Notes: generated by a model from the sequence alone, not told the origin. A DNA stretch of 64,000 bases from Marsupella aquatica (GCA_973895155.1 OZ316899.1:9670287-9734286); one strand, 5' to 3'; positions 26,365-39,847 are shown, numbered from the stretch's first letter. Numbers and translations are program-made.

Positions 26365-29300
26365 TGTGATGCCTAGCCAAGAATCACTAGGCTAGTTAAA
26401 ATGGTAAAACCAGGAGTGAACCCCGAAAACACATTAGTATAGTAACAAAAACAAGGAAATTATAAACAATCAAGGGTGACTATGAAACCCAAGCCGAGGC
26501 CGGAAGTAAGGATGCCACGCAGGGAACACGATTAGGGTTAGGGCGCGCTAAGTGCCAACGGCTATGGGTAGCCAATGGGAAGGAAGACCGGGGGTAAGGA
26601 CCAATCGCAAGGAATGGCGGCTCATTTGGAAGCACAAACTAAGCAAACAAGTACGAGAAGCCAACTACCGTCAGTTGCTTAGGCAAGCACTTTGGGCGGG
26701 AGCAGATACCGACTATCAACTCAAGGAAGGTATGAGCAATGTCAATCAAGCTGCTCATTTCTGGGGATGCCTGTTCGAACGGGCAACTGAGTACATTCAG
26801 ACCAACGAGGACAAAGAATTGGAAAGGGCAGCTCAAGAACGGCAGGAGCTTGCTCAACTGTGGGAGCTGCAAAAGTCTGCCTTCATAGGAGGCGAGCTTA
26901 TCAAGGCCGAGTTCTTGTGGACTCCTACAGCCAATCAGTTTGACGACCTTCTATTTTGCAAGAACAGAATCGTCGGCATCCGGGAAGCCATCAACCGCTA
27001 CAATGACATACACTGGGAGTTGAAGGGTAGCACGGAGGTGTGGACAAAGGCAACCATGCTTGGAGAAACATCCACAGCAGCCGTTATGAAGAGGAAAGGG
27101 AACAACAATGAAGAGGCCACCCTTGCAAAGAGAATGAGGTCGGCGGCACCAAGGAAGCCAGCTGAGCAGGCAAGCAGGAGGCACGGAGAAGCCAAAGAAG
27201 AGGAGGTCGACCCCATCAATGCCATTCCAACAAGGGATGACACCTGGAAAGGCTGGGCGGCGACCCTCCTTGAGGAAGTGCAATTACACTTTGCACGGGA
27301 GGAGGATGCATGCTTTACGGCTATGCAAACTCGGAAGTACCAGGGCTTCATGGCCGGATCCGGCTTGGAAGCCTTTGTGAAATTACCATGGCTAAAGCCG
27401 GAGGTGCCGGATTCTGACTTATTAGAATTTGTGGGATCATGGGAGCTGAGACAAATTCCACAAGGATCTATGGGAAGGAGTTCTATCTCACTCCCCAGGT
27501 GATTGCCAAAGTGTTTGGCTTGCCGATAGGAAATAAGACCAAAGTAGACACCAGGAAGACCTTGCCAGACAAGGAGTTCCGGTCGTTCCCAGGGCCATCA
27601 ATGAAGAATGGCTTCTTCCGGAACACCTGCACCAACCCGCACATTGGAGAGATGATGGATTTCTTGCGGGTAACCATGCATTGCAACTTGCCGAGGCCAG
27701 AGATTGGCAAGGCACAAGTCTACCTGGCGGAGAGGCCAGACCCAAGCCGAGACTACAACGGGTACCTCCTCACCCAACTGAAGAAGATCTTGAAGGAGGA
27801 CCAACAGGTGATCGGCAAGGGAAGCATATCCCGGCTTGGCTATCACATGCCGTTGTTGTGCCGGTATGCCCAAAGTCAGATCTTTGCCCCAGTATCTCCC
27901 CTATAGGCAAGGGCACCAGAGGAGGTTCTAGAACAGAGGCCGGCAGCAGAGAAACCCAACCAGCCCGGCAGTCCTACAATCAAGCAAGTGTTTAGGCCGA
28001 GGATGGAAGACTTGCCGATGCAGCAACCAGGCATGCAGAATCTTCTGAAATTGTTGGAGAAGGAAAAGAGGACGGCAACTGCAACAGCAATGGCACCGGT
28101 ACAAGACACTGCCCCATAAGTTGACCTAAGCCGACTCATGAGGGAAAACCCCGTACCAGAGCCACGGAAAGAAGGAGGCCGGAACACAAGCCGAGGGTTT
28201 GAATGTATGTAGGAGCCTCAAGTCCAGAAGCCGAGGGAAAGCAGCCTAAAGCTCTTGGTCGCGATAACCAGAGGGAGAGGACATACTGGAAGCTGAAGGA
28301 GGAACCCGGACCCGTGAGCTATATTCGGCAGGAGGCCGTGTTCACAACAGGATCAGGAGAGCAACGGGGGAGCCGGTAGTCCAAGCCGGGGAGGAGGTGG
28401 TGGAGGACTACGACAATGACAACTCCGACTACGGGTCAGACCATCATGTCCCAAGAGTCAGGACCTGTGGCCGTTTCATCCCCACGCTTCCTAGAGTAGT
28501 TCAAGGGGACCCCATCCAGCAAAACAGCCCCGAGTCTCCCCCACCAGATGTTGCTCCCCCAAGATTTGATGGGATAAAACAAATGGCACAGGAGTTTGAG
28601 GAGCGGCTCGGGGAAGAGGAGGAGACAGCCCTGGCCAAAGAGAAGGATTTACCCGAGGGAGAATGGCCAGAGAATGGCCAGAGGACATCCGACAGCTTGT
28701 AGAAAGACAAAGCAGCCCTCCAGCCACGATAGAAGAAATCCAAAAGGTGGCTTGGGAACAAAGGCCGTAGTGGTTGATGTCGATGACTACCACTCACTCC
28801 ACCTATGCGCAAGAAAGAGCCATGGAGTATGGGGAGATGTGTGGAGAACTTGCGCTCAGCATCTTTGGGGAGAAGTTGGAGCAGGGACCCTTTTTCCAGA
28901 GGGAGATGTTGGAAAAATGCCGATTGGAAGAAGCGGTGGCTTTGGAGAGAAGAAAGATGGACGAGGTCATCCGACGGCTTAGGGAGAAGGAAGCCGAGGC
29001 TGAAGACCTGAAGGCAGCCAAGAAAGCCCAAGATGAGTTGGGGATTAAGCGGCATGAGCTAAACATCATGCATGGGGGTCATTGTAGCGTGCGAGGAAAC
29101 AGTAAAAAATTTCCTCGCACGCTATCATTTTCTCCTTGGAATACCCAAAATTTGGCACGAAAACAACCTTGCTAGCAAAAAGTGACGCTCGCTAGCCTAA
29201 AAGGAACCTTCTATTCCACCTATTTATTTAACTCCCGTTGGGTTTAAAAAGAGATCCCGACGATGCATTGGTACATATTATGTATTCCCTGGACACGAAC

Positions 29301-29986
29301 GGTCGTCGACGGCACCATAATTAAACATATAATTCTACAGTACATCAGGCCAGCGAAGTCGCTAGCCATAACTCTGCCCATAATTCTCGCACGAAATACT
29401 CTGTGCAGTCATGACCCACACGAAAATCACTCATTAGAAATCATGGGTGTAAACCGTTGCAGCAACAACACTAATCCGTATCATATCACGACAGAATCCA
29501 ATGTCCCCTTCCTCATGAGTGAAGCGTGAAACGCGAAACCGTTTGAGAGGATCCGAGGCTCCGAAAATGCACTATATGTCATTCGGACCTCTCGACTCAT
29601 CTCCATTCCTAACAGTGTTCTCATTATTTGACTTTCATCGTCTCCTCACTCTTTCGTGATCGTTTTCGCATCGCCGAGTAACTTCAATTGAGCTTGTGTT
29701 GTCATATCCGCGGGCGAGGAGGGGATCTGGTGTTCTCGGGTGTGTCGCATTCTTGCAAAGTTTTTGTCGCACAAAGAGATGTAAGTTTGATACGGGAAGA
29801 CCTCTTAACAGCAAATAGTATTATTGTTCATGAGAAAGTCTGGTTTTCCAAGTTCTCTTTTTCCTTCTCGTAGTTTTGCGCGTTTTGACTCGATCATCTT
29901 GGATGTTTTGAATGTGACTGTTTCTATTTGGTAAACACATGTTGAGAAAGTAATCTGATACACAGAAGTGTTTGTTACAGACATAA

Positions 29987-30415
29987 ATGGCAAAAAACAA
30001 TGACCCTTCCGCTCCAAAACCCAAATGGGTTCTGGAGGTCCGCCGCTACAACGCCAAAACTGATGGCCCAGTGGACTCGCCACCAAGCTCTCCTCCGGCA
30101 AGGAAGAGTGTTACCCCTCCGCTGAAGGCTGGATCATCATCCAGTCGGGTCCCGCCTGTTGCCTCTGCTTCAACTCAGCGACCTGCACCGCCGAAGGAAA
30201 CAACTTCAAGCGTTGTTTCCAGAGCACCAATGTCTTCTCGCACAAACGTATCCGTTTCTAAGGGAGTTTCAGAGAAGCGGAAGAGAGAGGAGGAGGAGTC
30301 TTACTGGAGGGACATCGACATACACAACTACTGGACATCCGACATCCTAGCTTCGTCCGATTATGATACGGATTCGGACACAGATTCAGACGCCTACAAG
30401 GCAGCATCTCCATGA
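29987..30415 (+). CDS. Small MULE-borne hypothetical protein (S/P-rich, basic KRKR, acidic tail)
   Basis: ATG-initiated open 142-aa ORF. Its C-terminal DTDSDAYKA part is duplicated at ~30700-30760. Confidence 0.4.
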   Translation: MAKNNDPSAPKPKWVLEVRRYNAKTDGPVDSPPSSPPARKSVTPPLKAGSSSSRVPPVASASTQRPAPPKETTSSVVSRAPMSSRTNVSVSKGVSEKRKREEEESYWRDIDIHNYWTSDILASSDYDTDSDTDSDAYKAASP

Positions 30416-30610
30416 ATAGTACCCTATACGACAATCACTCCGCGTTGTGAACCCCCGTAGTTTTACAGTTAATCTCTGCCAGTCCGTGAACTTAAAATGA
30501 AATGATCGGTAGGACACGGACATTTTGTCAGTTACAGATGTTTTGATAAATATTGGACAATATTCGAATAAAGCTTCGGAAGTTTTTTCAATTTCATGAG
30601 TGCATACCTT

Positions 30611-33600
30611 GCTAGCGAGATCGCTAGTAAATATTGCCTACTGGTACTTGAGTGATTTACGTTGTGGATGACATGCGAGCACGGAAAACATCCTCTCTTC
30701 CTCCTACTATGATACAGTATCCGACTCTGACTCCGATGCGTACAAGGCAGGGAGCCATTGAATAGGAAACATTTGTAGGGGCATAAACATTTTGTAGACT
30801 GTGTCTATTTCGTAGATCTGGGATCCGAAAAAGTTCTTCGACACTCAATGTCCAACACAGTTGTAAGGGAGAACATCTTTGTTCATTTTGAAATAACTTC
30901 TTGAGAAGACTGCCGACTGCAATGTTTGGACTTACAGTACTAGTTTTGCTAGCGACATCGCTAGTAAAACTATGCATGACTAAAATGGTTTGTTTTCTCG
31001 AATGTATATCCCAAAAACATTAAAATACATGAGTTATTGAACTCTACGTTATGTAGAACTTGGTCAAAAAGAAACCGTTTACGGGAAACCTAAAACTTTA
31101 CTTTACGGGTTTAATGCCAGAGACCTCGCTAGAAAAATAAACACTATTTCCGATACGTATAGAATAGTAATAGACCCTCGCTAACATTACATACACAATA
31201 TAATTAGTGAGGTGGAGGACTTTCCTCTGTTCTGAAAACCAAAAAGGTGACAAAATTAGGGACGCTGAAACGTTCACCTCAACGGATAATAGAGATTAAG
31301 TCAACTACACTGCAACGGAATCAAACTCCTTACTTCAGCAACAGTCAGAATTGGCTGCTTCACAAGATCGTCTCTGTCTAGATTCAGTGAGAACTTGTTT
31401 AAGTACACCCAGAGGAGGTGTTTACAAGACATATAGGGTCTTCCTCTCGTGTGTCTCTTGTAGAAGTCATCACATGAGCAAGAAGGAAAGCAACACACTT
31501 GGACCCAGTACTTGTGTGCAATTTTTGAATCTGTCTCGTGAGTGACGATAAGATATTGCCATCCCCACCCGTTTCCGAGGCATATCTTCTCACTTCCAAT
31601 GACTCTCATATGTTCGTCAGTCGCAGATCGAATGCGTTTGAGAAGCTCCGGGGTGTTCTGGAAACGTTGACGAACGCCTTTCCCATTCCGGGTCTTGAAT
31701 CTACGGTTTGGAATACCAATGTCAACTCTTTCTGGGAAGGAGTTCACATCAATTCGGAGGTCAACACGATTTGGAGAGGAGAACGACCCAGTCGGTGCTG
31801 GATCAGAGTATGATAATCCTCTGATTTCAATCCCATTTCGAAGAAGAAAGTCAATCTCTGTTGGGGTCAGCTTGGTCCCACGCTGGACTTGCAATGCCTC
31901 AGGTGGTTCCGGAAGCTGGGCAAGAGTCCTTCTGCCACCTGTTTTATGGCACCTATTATTTGGACAGAAGTATAGAAGCTGACGATGTGGAGATGACAAC
32001 CTCAATCCGTGAATCGCAACACCAACCACTCCAGCCCGAAATGCCTTCATTCCAGTTTCTTTGATGAGATTCCTGCACTCATCTCTTCCAAACACACTTC
32101 GGTCCACTCGTCCATTGCAAACAGGTCCACTCCCTTTTCCACTCCGCCTCAAGTGCCAGGTCCCATATGTCACATCAACCTCTTCAACAAAAGGGATCCT
32201 TCGGGGTGCATCCCGAATTTCATCCCGATTATTTTGAGGCTGTGTATTTCTCCAACGTAGTTCGGGTCCTGTGTTGTATCTCCACGGCTAAGTTCTTCAC
32301 CATCATCTGATATATTTATAACTTCACGAGGAAGAGAAGGTCCATGGCAAGTGGGGTTGTCTTCATCGCCAGGAAAGTCTGAAGGTCCACCAATATCAGA
32401 AGCACCGCTGAAGTTACCAAATTCTGTGTAAAGATTTCTTCTTTTCAAACTAGACCGCGACGCCACTGTGTGCAATATCTTATCATGTCTATGAGAATCG
32501 TTTTCATGAATAGAAGCAGAAGCACTACCCTTCCGTTTCCCTGCCGTTGTTCTAAGATCTCCATGTAAAGGCACAGTTCTATAGAACTCATATTTTCCAG
32601 ATGATTCAAATAGTAGATTGGATGCCTTCTCATAGGCATCCATAGACCCCATTGTATCTGCATTTCTGAAGGCCAGCTCAAATATTGTAGGACCATTCCC
32701 ACGGTGACACCCTTCCAAGTATGCAGTGAACGCTGCAATCTGTCCGGCTGCTCGATTCTGGTCAACTTCACAGGCTTCAATCAAACCAATTTTCTTCTTC
32801 GGCTGGCAGGAACGCATTGATGCGTGAGCAGATTCAGCTCCCGCACAGTTTGGCATCAGAGCAGACTCCTTCGCAGTTTGCGTCTGAAAAATGAGCAGAG
32901 TTAACACTTGTATTCACTAGCGATATGTCTATTTTGAGACAGTCTAATGTTTTAGTCGGTGACCAAAATACATTTACGAAAAGAAGTTTTATTGCTAGCG
33001 ATCTCGCTAGCTTAAACTCATCAGAAAGAATTCACCGTTACTCACCACACGAATAAAGTTACCCCATTGTCTCCACCGCACAACCCACCATGAAATCCAC
33101 CCTTGTAGTGATTTAAGCTTGGAAGGGTGACAATTCCCCTCTTTCCACCATTTTTGAATGTCTTCGGCGATACGATATGCTTCGACGTATGTTGGAGCAA
33201 TGCTTAACTTCTCCCACATCTTATAGTGCTCCGCATGACACCCCTCCTTGATCCCCTCCAAAGTGTGTCTTCTGAGAGATTGAGAGAGATGGAACGCGTC
33301 ACTATGCTCTTTCAGAGGATTTCTGACACCCCCAAAAAATACCCTTCTCACATAAATCCAGCCAGCCTCCGCATTGTCTGCTATGAATCCTCCAATAATG
33401 GGATTATGCACTCCATTCTCGGATGCGACATCTACCATTAACCTCCACGCAGTTTCAAGCGACTCTGTGTCTTCGGCTCTCAACTCGCAAGTGAAAATTG
33501 TACACAGAGCGCGGTAATTATGGTCATACACGTGTGCGCTGAAGGTCAACCATCCACTAGTGATACGATGCATCACGTCAAAACTGACCCACGAACCTTC

Positions 33601-36600
33601 CAATGCTCCTCCAGCCTCTAGCTCCTCAAAATTTCCACACCCGATCCAGGACCATTTGTACTCATTTTGAATACATGCGCTCGATCATTTCTGTTTCCTT
33701 GACCGGGAAACAGGTACCTCTGCACGAAAGGGAAATTGTTACGTGATTGCATTTCACGAAGTGAGTCAAGTTCTCCTTTTTTAGGATTATCCATCTTCAC
33801 ACTCCGAAGAATAGCTTGGAACTTTGGAGCGGTAGAAAGTACTCCGATCAAACTCCAAATTTCTTGTTGTTCTTCTCTCGACAACTGAGCCGATGATTCT
33901 GGATGCAATAGCGAGACAAGGTTCCCAATTGACTGGTTTCTCAGACGTGCGGGAGTTGAGACTGGATTCAACCGATGGACCCCTAAAACCACATCTTCCG
34001 CTGTTTTTCTCGCATAACGAGATTTTCCCTTCCAAATAGGGTGATCGTGGAATCCCATATGCACAGCCAATCTGGACATATGCATTGAAATGTGACTCTC
34101 CAAACCTGGCTTAGGGTACACATACAACAGTTTTGCCGGGCATTCTCGAATACAGAGAGGCCTCTCTTCACAGAAGCCACAGACAAGTCCTCCCTCACTC
34201 ACTTGCTCTCCAAGACGAAAGATGTCAGTCAGCAACCCTTTCCCTCTGAAAGCGCAGTCATTTTTCACTCCAGTATGTTTCAACTTCCGGCAACCCAAAT
34301 TATGGCATTCAAGAATTCCAGCGCAACGAACTTTTGACACAGCCCAATGAAACCTTGGCTTCAAATTTGCAGATGTAGTCACTAGTCTCGTCCAAGGATA
34401 GCCGTCCTTCTCTCGATCCATATCTTGGAGACCTCCTCCCCTTACGGCCCCCTCGACTAGAGGAAGTTCAAAAACAACGTTACCATTGTATGTCGATGGC
34501 AGAGTCGAAACCTGACATTCATTCCATTGATTCCCTCTTCTAAATTGTGCAAGTTCACTCGCTCCACTGATATTGAGAAAAGCGTCATAGGCACTCATCC
34601 GATACACTGTGGTCATGCTATCCCCAGTCCTTTCAATTAAATTTGTCGCTAACCCTTCGGGTTTGGAACCATCTCGTGACTTCATCAAACCACAAGATGT
34701 GTCTTGCCTTATACTCTCTGGAGATATTTCAATGACCTCGGGAGCTCTGTCTTTGGGAGGCGTCCCAAGATCAATCACAGGAGTTTGATGACCGGGATCT
34801 AATTCCATGGGTTCCAAAATGACATCAGGAAAATCATCTTTACTGGACAGAACCTCGACACAAGATCCAACCTTCAGCGTCCATACCTTCCCGGAAGTAC
34901 TACTGTCCTCTCTCAACTCGTGACTCCGTGGCCCATTTTGAGAATACAACTCAAACAACTTCATGACAAGGTCATCTTTTGGAATTCCAAAACAAGTTGC
35001 AAGGAATGACTCTGTCACCCTAACCTCCGACGAGTCAAGGGCACTTGGGAGTACCACCATGTCTCCCGTCATTCTACGCTCCAAAACCACCTTGGAATTC
35101 ATCGTCATCATCTCTTCTCAGCATACAAAAATACAATGACTATGTTTTGAATCGCACATACGAATCCTATTTGCAAGACCAAAACTGGGTTTTTCCCAAC
35201 GGAAACAACAATCCAAAAAGATTGTCAGTCGATTCCCGTTGATTTTACCGTTATTTTGTCTTTAATCAACGTATAGGGACGTCTCCCATGCTAGCGATCT
35301 TGCTAGCTTGGTTTTGATAGTTTTATGGAAAGAAAATCGTTGATTTCAACTCTTTTAATGATACCTGTGTCATTGAGTTTATGCCAGCGATCTCGCTAGC
35401 CAAAAAGTCAAACTGATTTTTGAGGAAGTTTACCGTTAGGATTCCGTTGGGAATAGTCAACGGGTACCATAATGTCAACGGTACAAATTACACGGGACAC
35501 CTGGAGTATTATTTCTGGATAAGATTATCGGTCGTGAAGGTTGTTGTTTGGGTTTTCCAAAAAGTACAACTAGTGGTCCCTGCCAGGAGATTTCTGTTAT
35601 TCCTTACATCGTACTGTCGATCGTTGTCAGTATTCACTATCGTAACTCTGTAAGGCTTCGGAGGGAGTTCGTAGCAGTTTGTACGGCTGTCCTAATTCTC
35701 CGAAAGGAGGTGATCTGTGGACATTTTTGATGCGTGCAGCCGCTGCAGTCTCCGGGCTCGAGCACTCTTCTCCGAAGGGTTTTATTTCATGGAGTCATCC
35801 TTGTCTCTAGAGAGTATTTCTTCGAGAGGATCGTTTCAGTCGAGGGAGTCGACAAGGAGAGAAACTAGGTCCACAGCGAACAAGAAAGCGCTTGCAGCGG
35901 GATTGAAGACTCCAAGGCGGCCCAAGATGGTGACAGCGGTAGACGTAGTTGCTCCTGTGTTTGATCTGAGCGCTTCGGAACCTTACACGGTTGTCATAAA
36001 CCGTCATCTTCACTCGTTTGGAGTGAATGAGTTCGGATTTGCATTGGCTCCCCCCCGAATTCCTCTGTGCCGGATGAGAAACATGCAGATTGTCCGGTCT
36101 CTGCAGAAGGATTCCACTGCGATAGACACATTGAAGTCCGAGTTCAAAACGCAGGTTACATCGAGGATGCGCCTCGATTTTATGTTCAGATGACAAACGA
36201 GGATGGAGAAATCCAGATCTGTACAGATGCCATCCGCGAAACTTGGGATGATATTTGGGTGTTGCAAAACGAGGAGTTTGAGCGCGAATGTGATTCTCAT
36301 GTTTCTTTCCAGATCCTCAAGGACAAAATGTTCTGTGTTTTCGATGGAAACCACCGATTGTATTCGTGGAGCCAACTGGCGGAGGAACATCCGGATGATA
36401 TTAAGTACCATCCTCGAGTGGTCTGCAAGATCTTTAAGGGTGAAAAGAACTCTTTCGTTCAGATCAAGTCGGCTATGCACGCATTGAACAGGTGGGACTT
36501 CTCATGATAAGATAGTTCTGAAATTTCATTTTTACTAGGTCACTTTCAGCTGGCGATCTCGCTAACATGAGGCATGTTGTGGCAGGTTAACTCAATGTCA

Positions 36601-38856
36601 TGTAGAGAATTCCTGGGTTTTGGAGGCTGAACGCGTCCAGAAGATTCTGAACAATGACTTATCCGTTTACAAAGATATCATCGACGCTGAGAATTACAAA
36701 CTTTTCCAGCAGAAGATGGCCAATGTGCGGAAGGCCGCATGGTATTCGAAGAACATGACGCTGGATGCCTGCACTTATATTCTATCCGTTGCTAACATTG
36801 CATCGCAGACCGAGGACCTTAAGAAGAAATTTTCTCTTAAGGAGGCTCAAGGCGAGCCCCTTTCCAAGGCTGTACAAGACTTAGCAATGCGTGACATGAT
36901 GAAAGAACAACTTGCTGATTGGAATGTGAAAGTTCCAAAGATCGGTCCATTACTAAATCCTGAGTTTGGAGACTTTTTCAAGAAATGTGTCGAAATGCAA
37001 AACTACTGCGAGAACAAGAGAAAGGAGGCCCAGAGAACAAATGACAAAGGCAGGGGAAATGTTTCTTGTGGTCTTGATCGAGCTCGATTGTTCACTGGTG
37101 TGACCTCTTTATCCCCAGAGCTCCGATATACACTCCTGGAGGCACAGTGTCGTCCTAAGCTTCGGAAAAAATTCTTTCATCCAGGTCAATTCTCAGATGG
37201 TGAGACTAAGCTCTGGCTTCATCGTTGGGCAGTGTGGGAGCAAGTCGAGTCAATTTTGTCTTCCCTCATGTCTGAAATTGTTTCTGAGGTAATGCCTACT
37301 GTCCCTGAGTCGAGGATCCTTACGTCTTCAGAGAAGACGGAAGCTTCGCTAATCCTTGACATTGAGGAGGATTTTGAGGATTTCCAAACTCGTGTGAAAA
37401 CTCGTTTTTTCAAGCAGATTTGGCCACCCAAGACAGGAGAGAAGGTAGACATTACATTGTTTCGGAGGAGAGCGAAGAGATACACGTATCGATTTTTTGT
37501 AGACAGAGAAGTAGCAGACAAATTTTACTGGTGGTCCTACCCAGCCTGTTTCTCCCCATGGATAGCTGGGGTTAAAGAGGACCCTACAAGTGATAAGTTT
37601 GGGGAATATTGTATGTTTCCTTGCGAGGGAAGTGAAGCTCCGAGGAGATTGAGCGAGTGGGAGGTTCTTCATTGTCCATGGTATTTGGACTCGGACAAAT
37701 GGTCTGTGACATTTGACACTGCAGAGAAAGCAGCTCTTCACATGATCAATCGAGGATTCCTTCCGGAATCTTACATCTCCGAGTCCAAATTGGCACCCAC
37801 TGATGCTGAAGTTGGTGGTTGCGAGGCGATGGAAAAAGCTTGTCTTGGTGTAGCTGCCATAGTGGATAGGAGTCGAGCACGGAAGCCAAGAAAAGGAGCA
37901 TTGAAGGACACATCCAAAGATGGGTCCCAGATTTCCGGAAAGCCAAGTAAGTCTGTTAATTGTATGTTACTTTTTATTTTTAAGTCCGGATGTGTGTCGA
38001 ATATACAGACACTAATGTCTTTTGCTTCACAGAGAGGAGGAAGGGAGCGGCTTCTGAGAGTTTGAAGAGTGGAGCAGATGATGGTGAGGAACCTCAGTCC
38101 CCAGATGCCGAAGTCACAACAAAGAGCGCAGTGGATTTAGGAAGTATAAAACGTTTGAAACGGAAGCGGAACATCCAGATTCTTTCAGATTCGGACGATG
38201 AGGAAGTTTCAGTTGCTCAAGGTGTTGCTCGGATGTGTGGTTTGAAGATGGATGGGCAACGATATTTCCTGGCTCGTAGCAATTTGACCGATACTGCAAA
38301 CTCAATTAGCGTAAGTAAAGTGAGGCCATCTTGGATGGGAGATGGAGATCGATGGATTACTGGGATGTCAAAGAGCGTAGAGTGCCCGAACCATGTCATA
38401 ATTAATGGAAAGCCTTATGCTGGGATTGGAGCACATTTGGGATTCATTTCTCTTCCAACTGGGCATAGAACAAGCGTTACAGACAAACAGGTTCCGTCTT
38501 GGAATGTTTGGAGCGAGAAACTTCCATATTATTTTTTTGGAGTGATGAGACCAATGCTTTCAGACGATGGATATGTTGCTGTCTTGCACAGCTCAGACTT
38601 CAATCACATGAGGCAAATATTTACGGCAGTCGAGCAAAAAAACAAATTCAAACATGTGCAGCAATATACCGTTTTGTTGTCCACCCCTTTATGGAGGGCA
38701 GATATGGATATTGAGGTAGTTATCCCTTGAATTTCTTGAGAGTTTTAATGCTAGCGATGTCGCTAACAAAATTATAATTTTCAGCTACCAAACATATCTT
38801 GTTTATGTGTTAATTTTCTATTTTCCGACTAAGTTAATGCTAGCGAGCTCGCTAAC
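30611..38856. promoter_or_regulatory. Eight dispersed 18-bp palindromes GCTAGCGA-NN-TCGCTAGC
   Basis: Sites at 30611, 30948, 32994, 35290, 35383, 36549, 38750 and 38839, all intronic or intergenic. Half-sites near 29188, 31125, 31178, 32916 and 40168. Confidence 0.85.
31301..35111 (-). pseudogene. MULE transposase (GCM/WRKY-like Zn domain, DDE core, SWIM finger)
   Basis: CAGILECHNLGC...CGFC...CPAK...HDHP; SFDVMHR...FIADNAEA...FHLSQS; SWIM CSC...CKH. Intron 33045-32884. Frameshifts near 33620 and 32172. Confidence 0.85.
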
Positions 38857-39404
38857 AAAGTTAGCATTGTTTCTGGTGTATTTTGGTTTTTATGCAGGTG
38901 TGCACTCTCATCCTGGATGTTTTTTGTCGGGTGGAATTTAGTGCAAAGATTCCTAAAGACCCAGCGTATGTTCCATTGACGTCTTCGGAAGATGCAAGAC
39001 ATAAGTCAATGTTGAGTGTTTGTTACCCTAAGACTGACCCCTGTCCAGAAGCGGCTGTTGCTGGATCGAAAAGGCTTTCAATTGGGTTCATGCAAGCCGT
39101 GATGGAATTCCTCACGAAGCCCAAAGATATAGTCCTTGACTGGACTGTGTGTGACGGTAGCTCGTTTTCTGCCGGAGAATTCTCCGGGAGATTTGTTGTC
39201 AGTGTTGAAGACAAGGACATTCTCCATTGCTGTGCAAAAAAAACTTTAAACAGTGTTCTGGCGAGGCATTCGAGCAAGGCAAAGCAGATTAGGGATCAGC
39301 CAGCCAAGGTTAATCAAGGCGCTGGGTCGGATGATGAGTTCACGATTCCAGGGGATGAACAGGCTGGGCCTTCAAGCGAGAAAGACAAATTCGACCTGGA
39401 GTAA
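35789..39404 (+). CDS. ParB/Srx-like N-terminus + N4/N6 DNA-MTase-like C-terminus, copy 2. Exons 35789-36491, 36586-37946, 38033-38715 and 38898-39404; one frameshift near 36148
   Basis: IPLCRMRNMQIVRSL...TLKSEFKNAGY and FDGNHRLYSW (ParB-type G..R patch). GFISLPTG, MRPMLSDDGYVAV and RLSIGFMQAVMEFLTKPKDIVLDWTVCDGSSFSAGEFSGRFVVSVE fit a beta-class MTase layout. All three introns are GT-AG and keep the frame. Confidence 0.75.
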
Positions 39405-39409
39405 AGTAC

Positions 39410-39847
39410 TTGGCCTCTTCTGATGTCGGACTCCCTATTTGGTTTCTTTTGTTTTCTTTATTTTGTTGCTCTTCGTCAACTGATGTCGGTGGTTGCGTCA
39501 GTGATAGGAGGGTGGATTGGTTTTCTGAGGAGAGATTTCGTCTTTGGAGGGAAGTTCAGGAGTCCATTGTGGTTACTCCTGAGAAGCCTTTTACTCTTCC
39601 GTGCTATGCTGAGACATCGGCGAGGCAGGTTGATGAAGATCCTGTTATCTTGACTTGGGAATCGAAAGGACTTCGGTCCATGAGAGGTGCTCGAAGATAT
39701 CTGGATTGTTCAAGGTTTATCAACAATGAGGCGGGGACAGTCCGTCAGTATTTAGATGAGTCTGCCGAGTCCACGGAGAGGGAGACCAGTAGCGATCCTA
39801 GTAGTAGTGACATCTCTGATGAATCAGAGGATGAAGTTTATGACTGA
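39410..39847 (+). CDS. Small partner ORF with W.E...PEK..LPCYA.T motif and acidic tail
   Basis: Homologous motif in ORF 59739-60032, which also lies just 3' of an MTase-like gene. The true start is uncertain. Confidence 0.5.
   Translation: MASSDVGLPIWFLLFSLFCCSSSTDVGGCVSDRRVDWFSEERFRLWREVQESIVVTPEKPFTLPCYAETSARQVDEDPVILTWESKGLRSMRGARRYLDCSRFINNEAGTVRQYLDESAESTERETSSDPSSSDISDESEDEVYD

Noticed and set aside
36340-36360. DGNHR read as a DndB/DGQHR phosphorothioation protein or bacterial contamination
   Set aside because: The gene has spliceosomal introns and sits in a TSD-flanked MULE. No dnd, parA or restriction genes are present.
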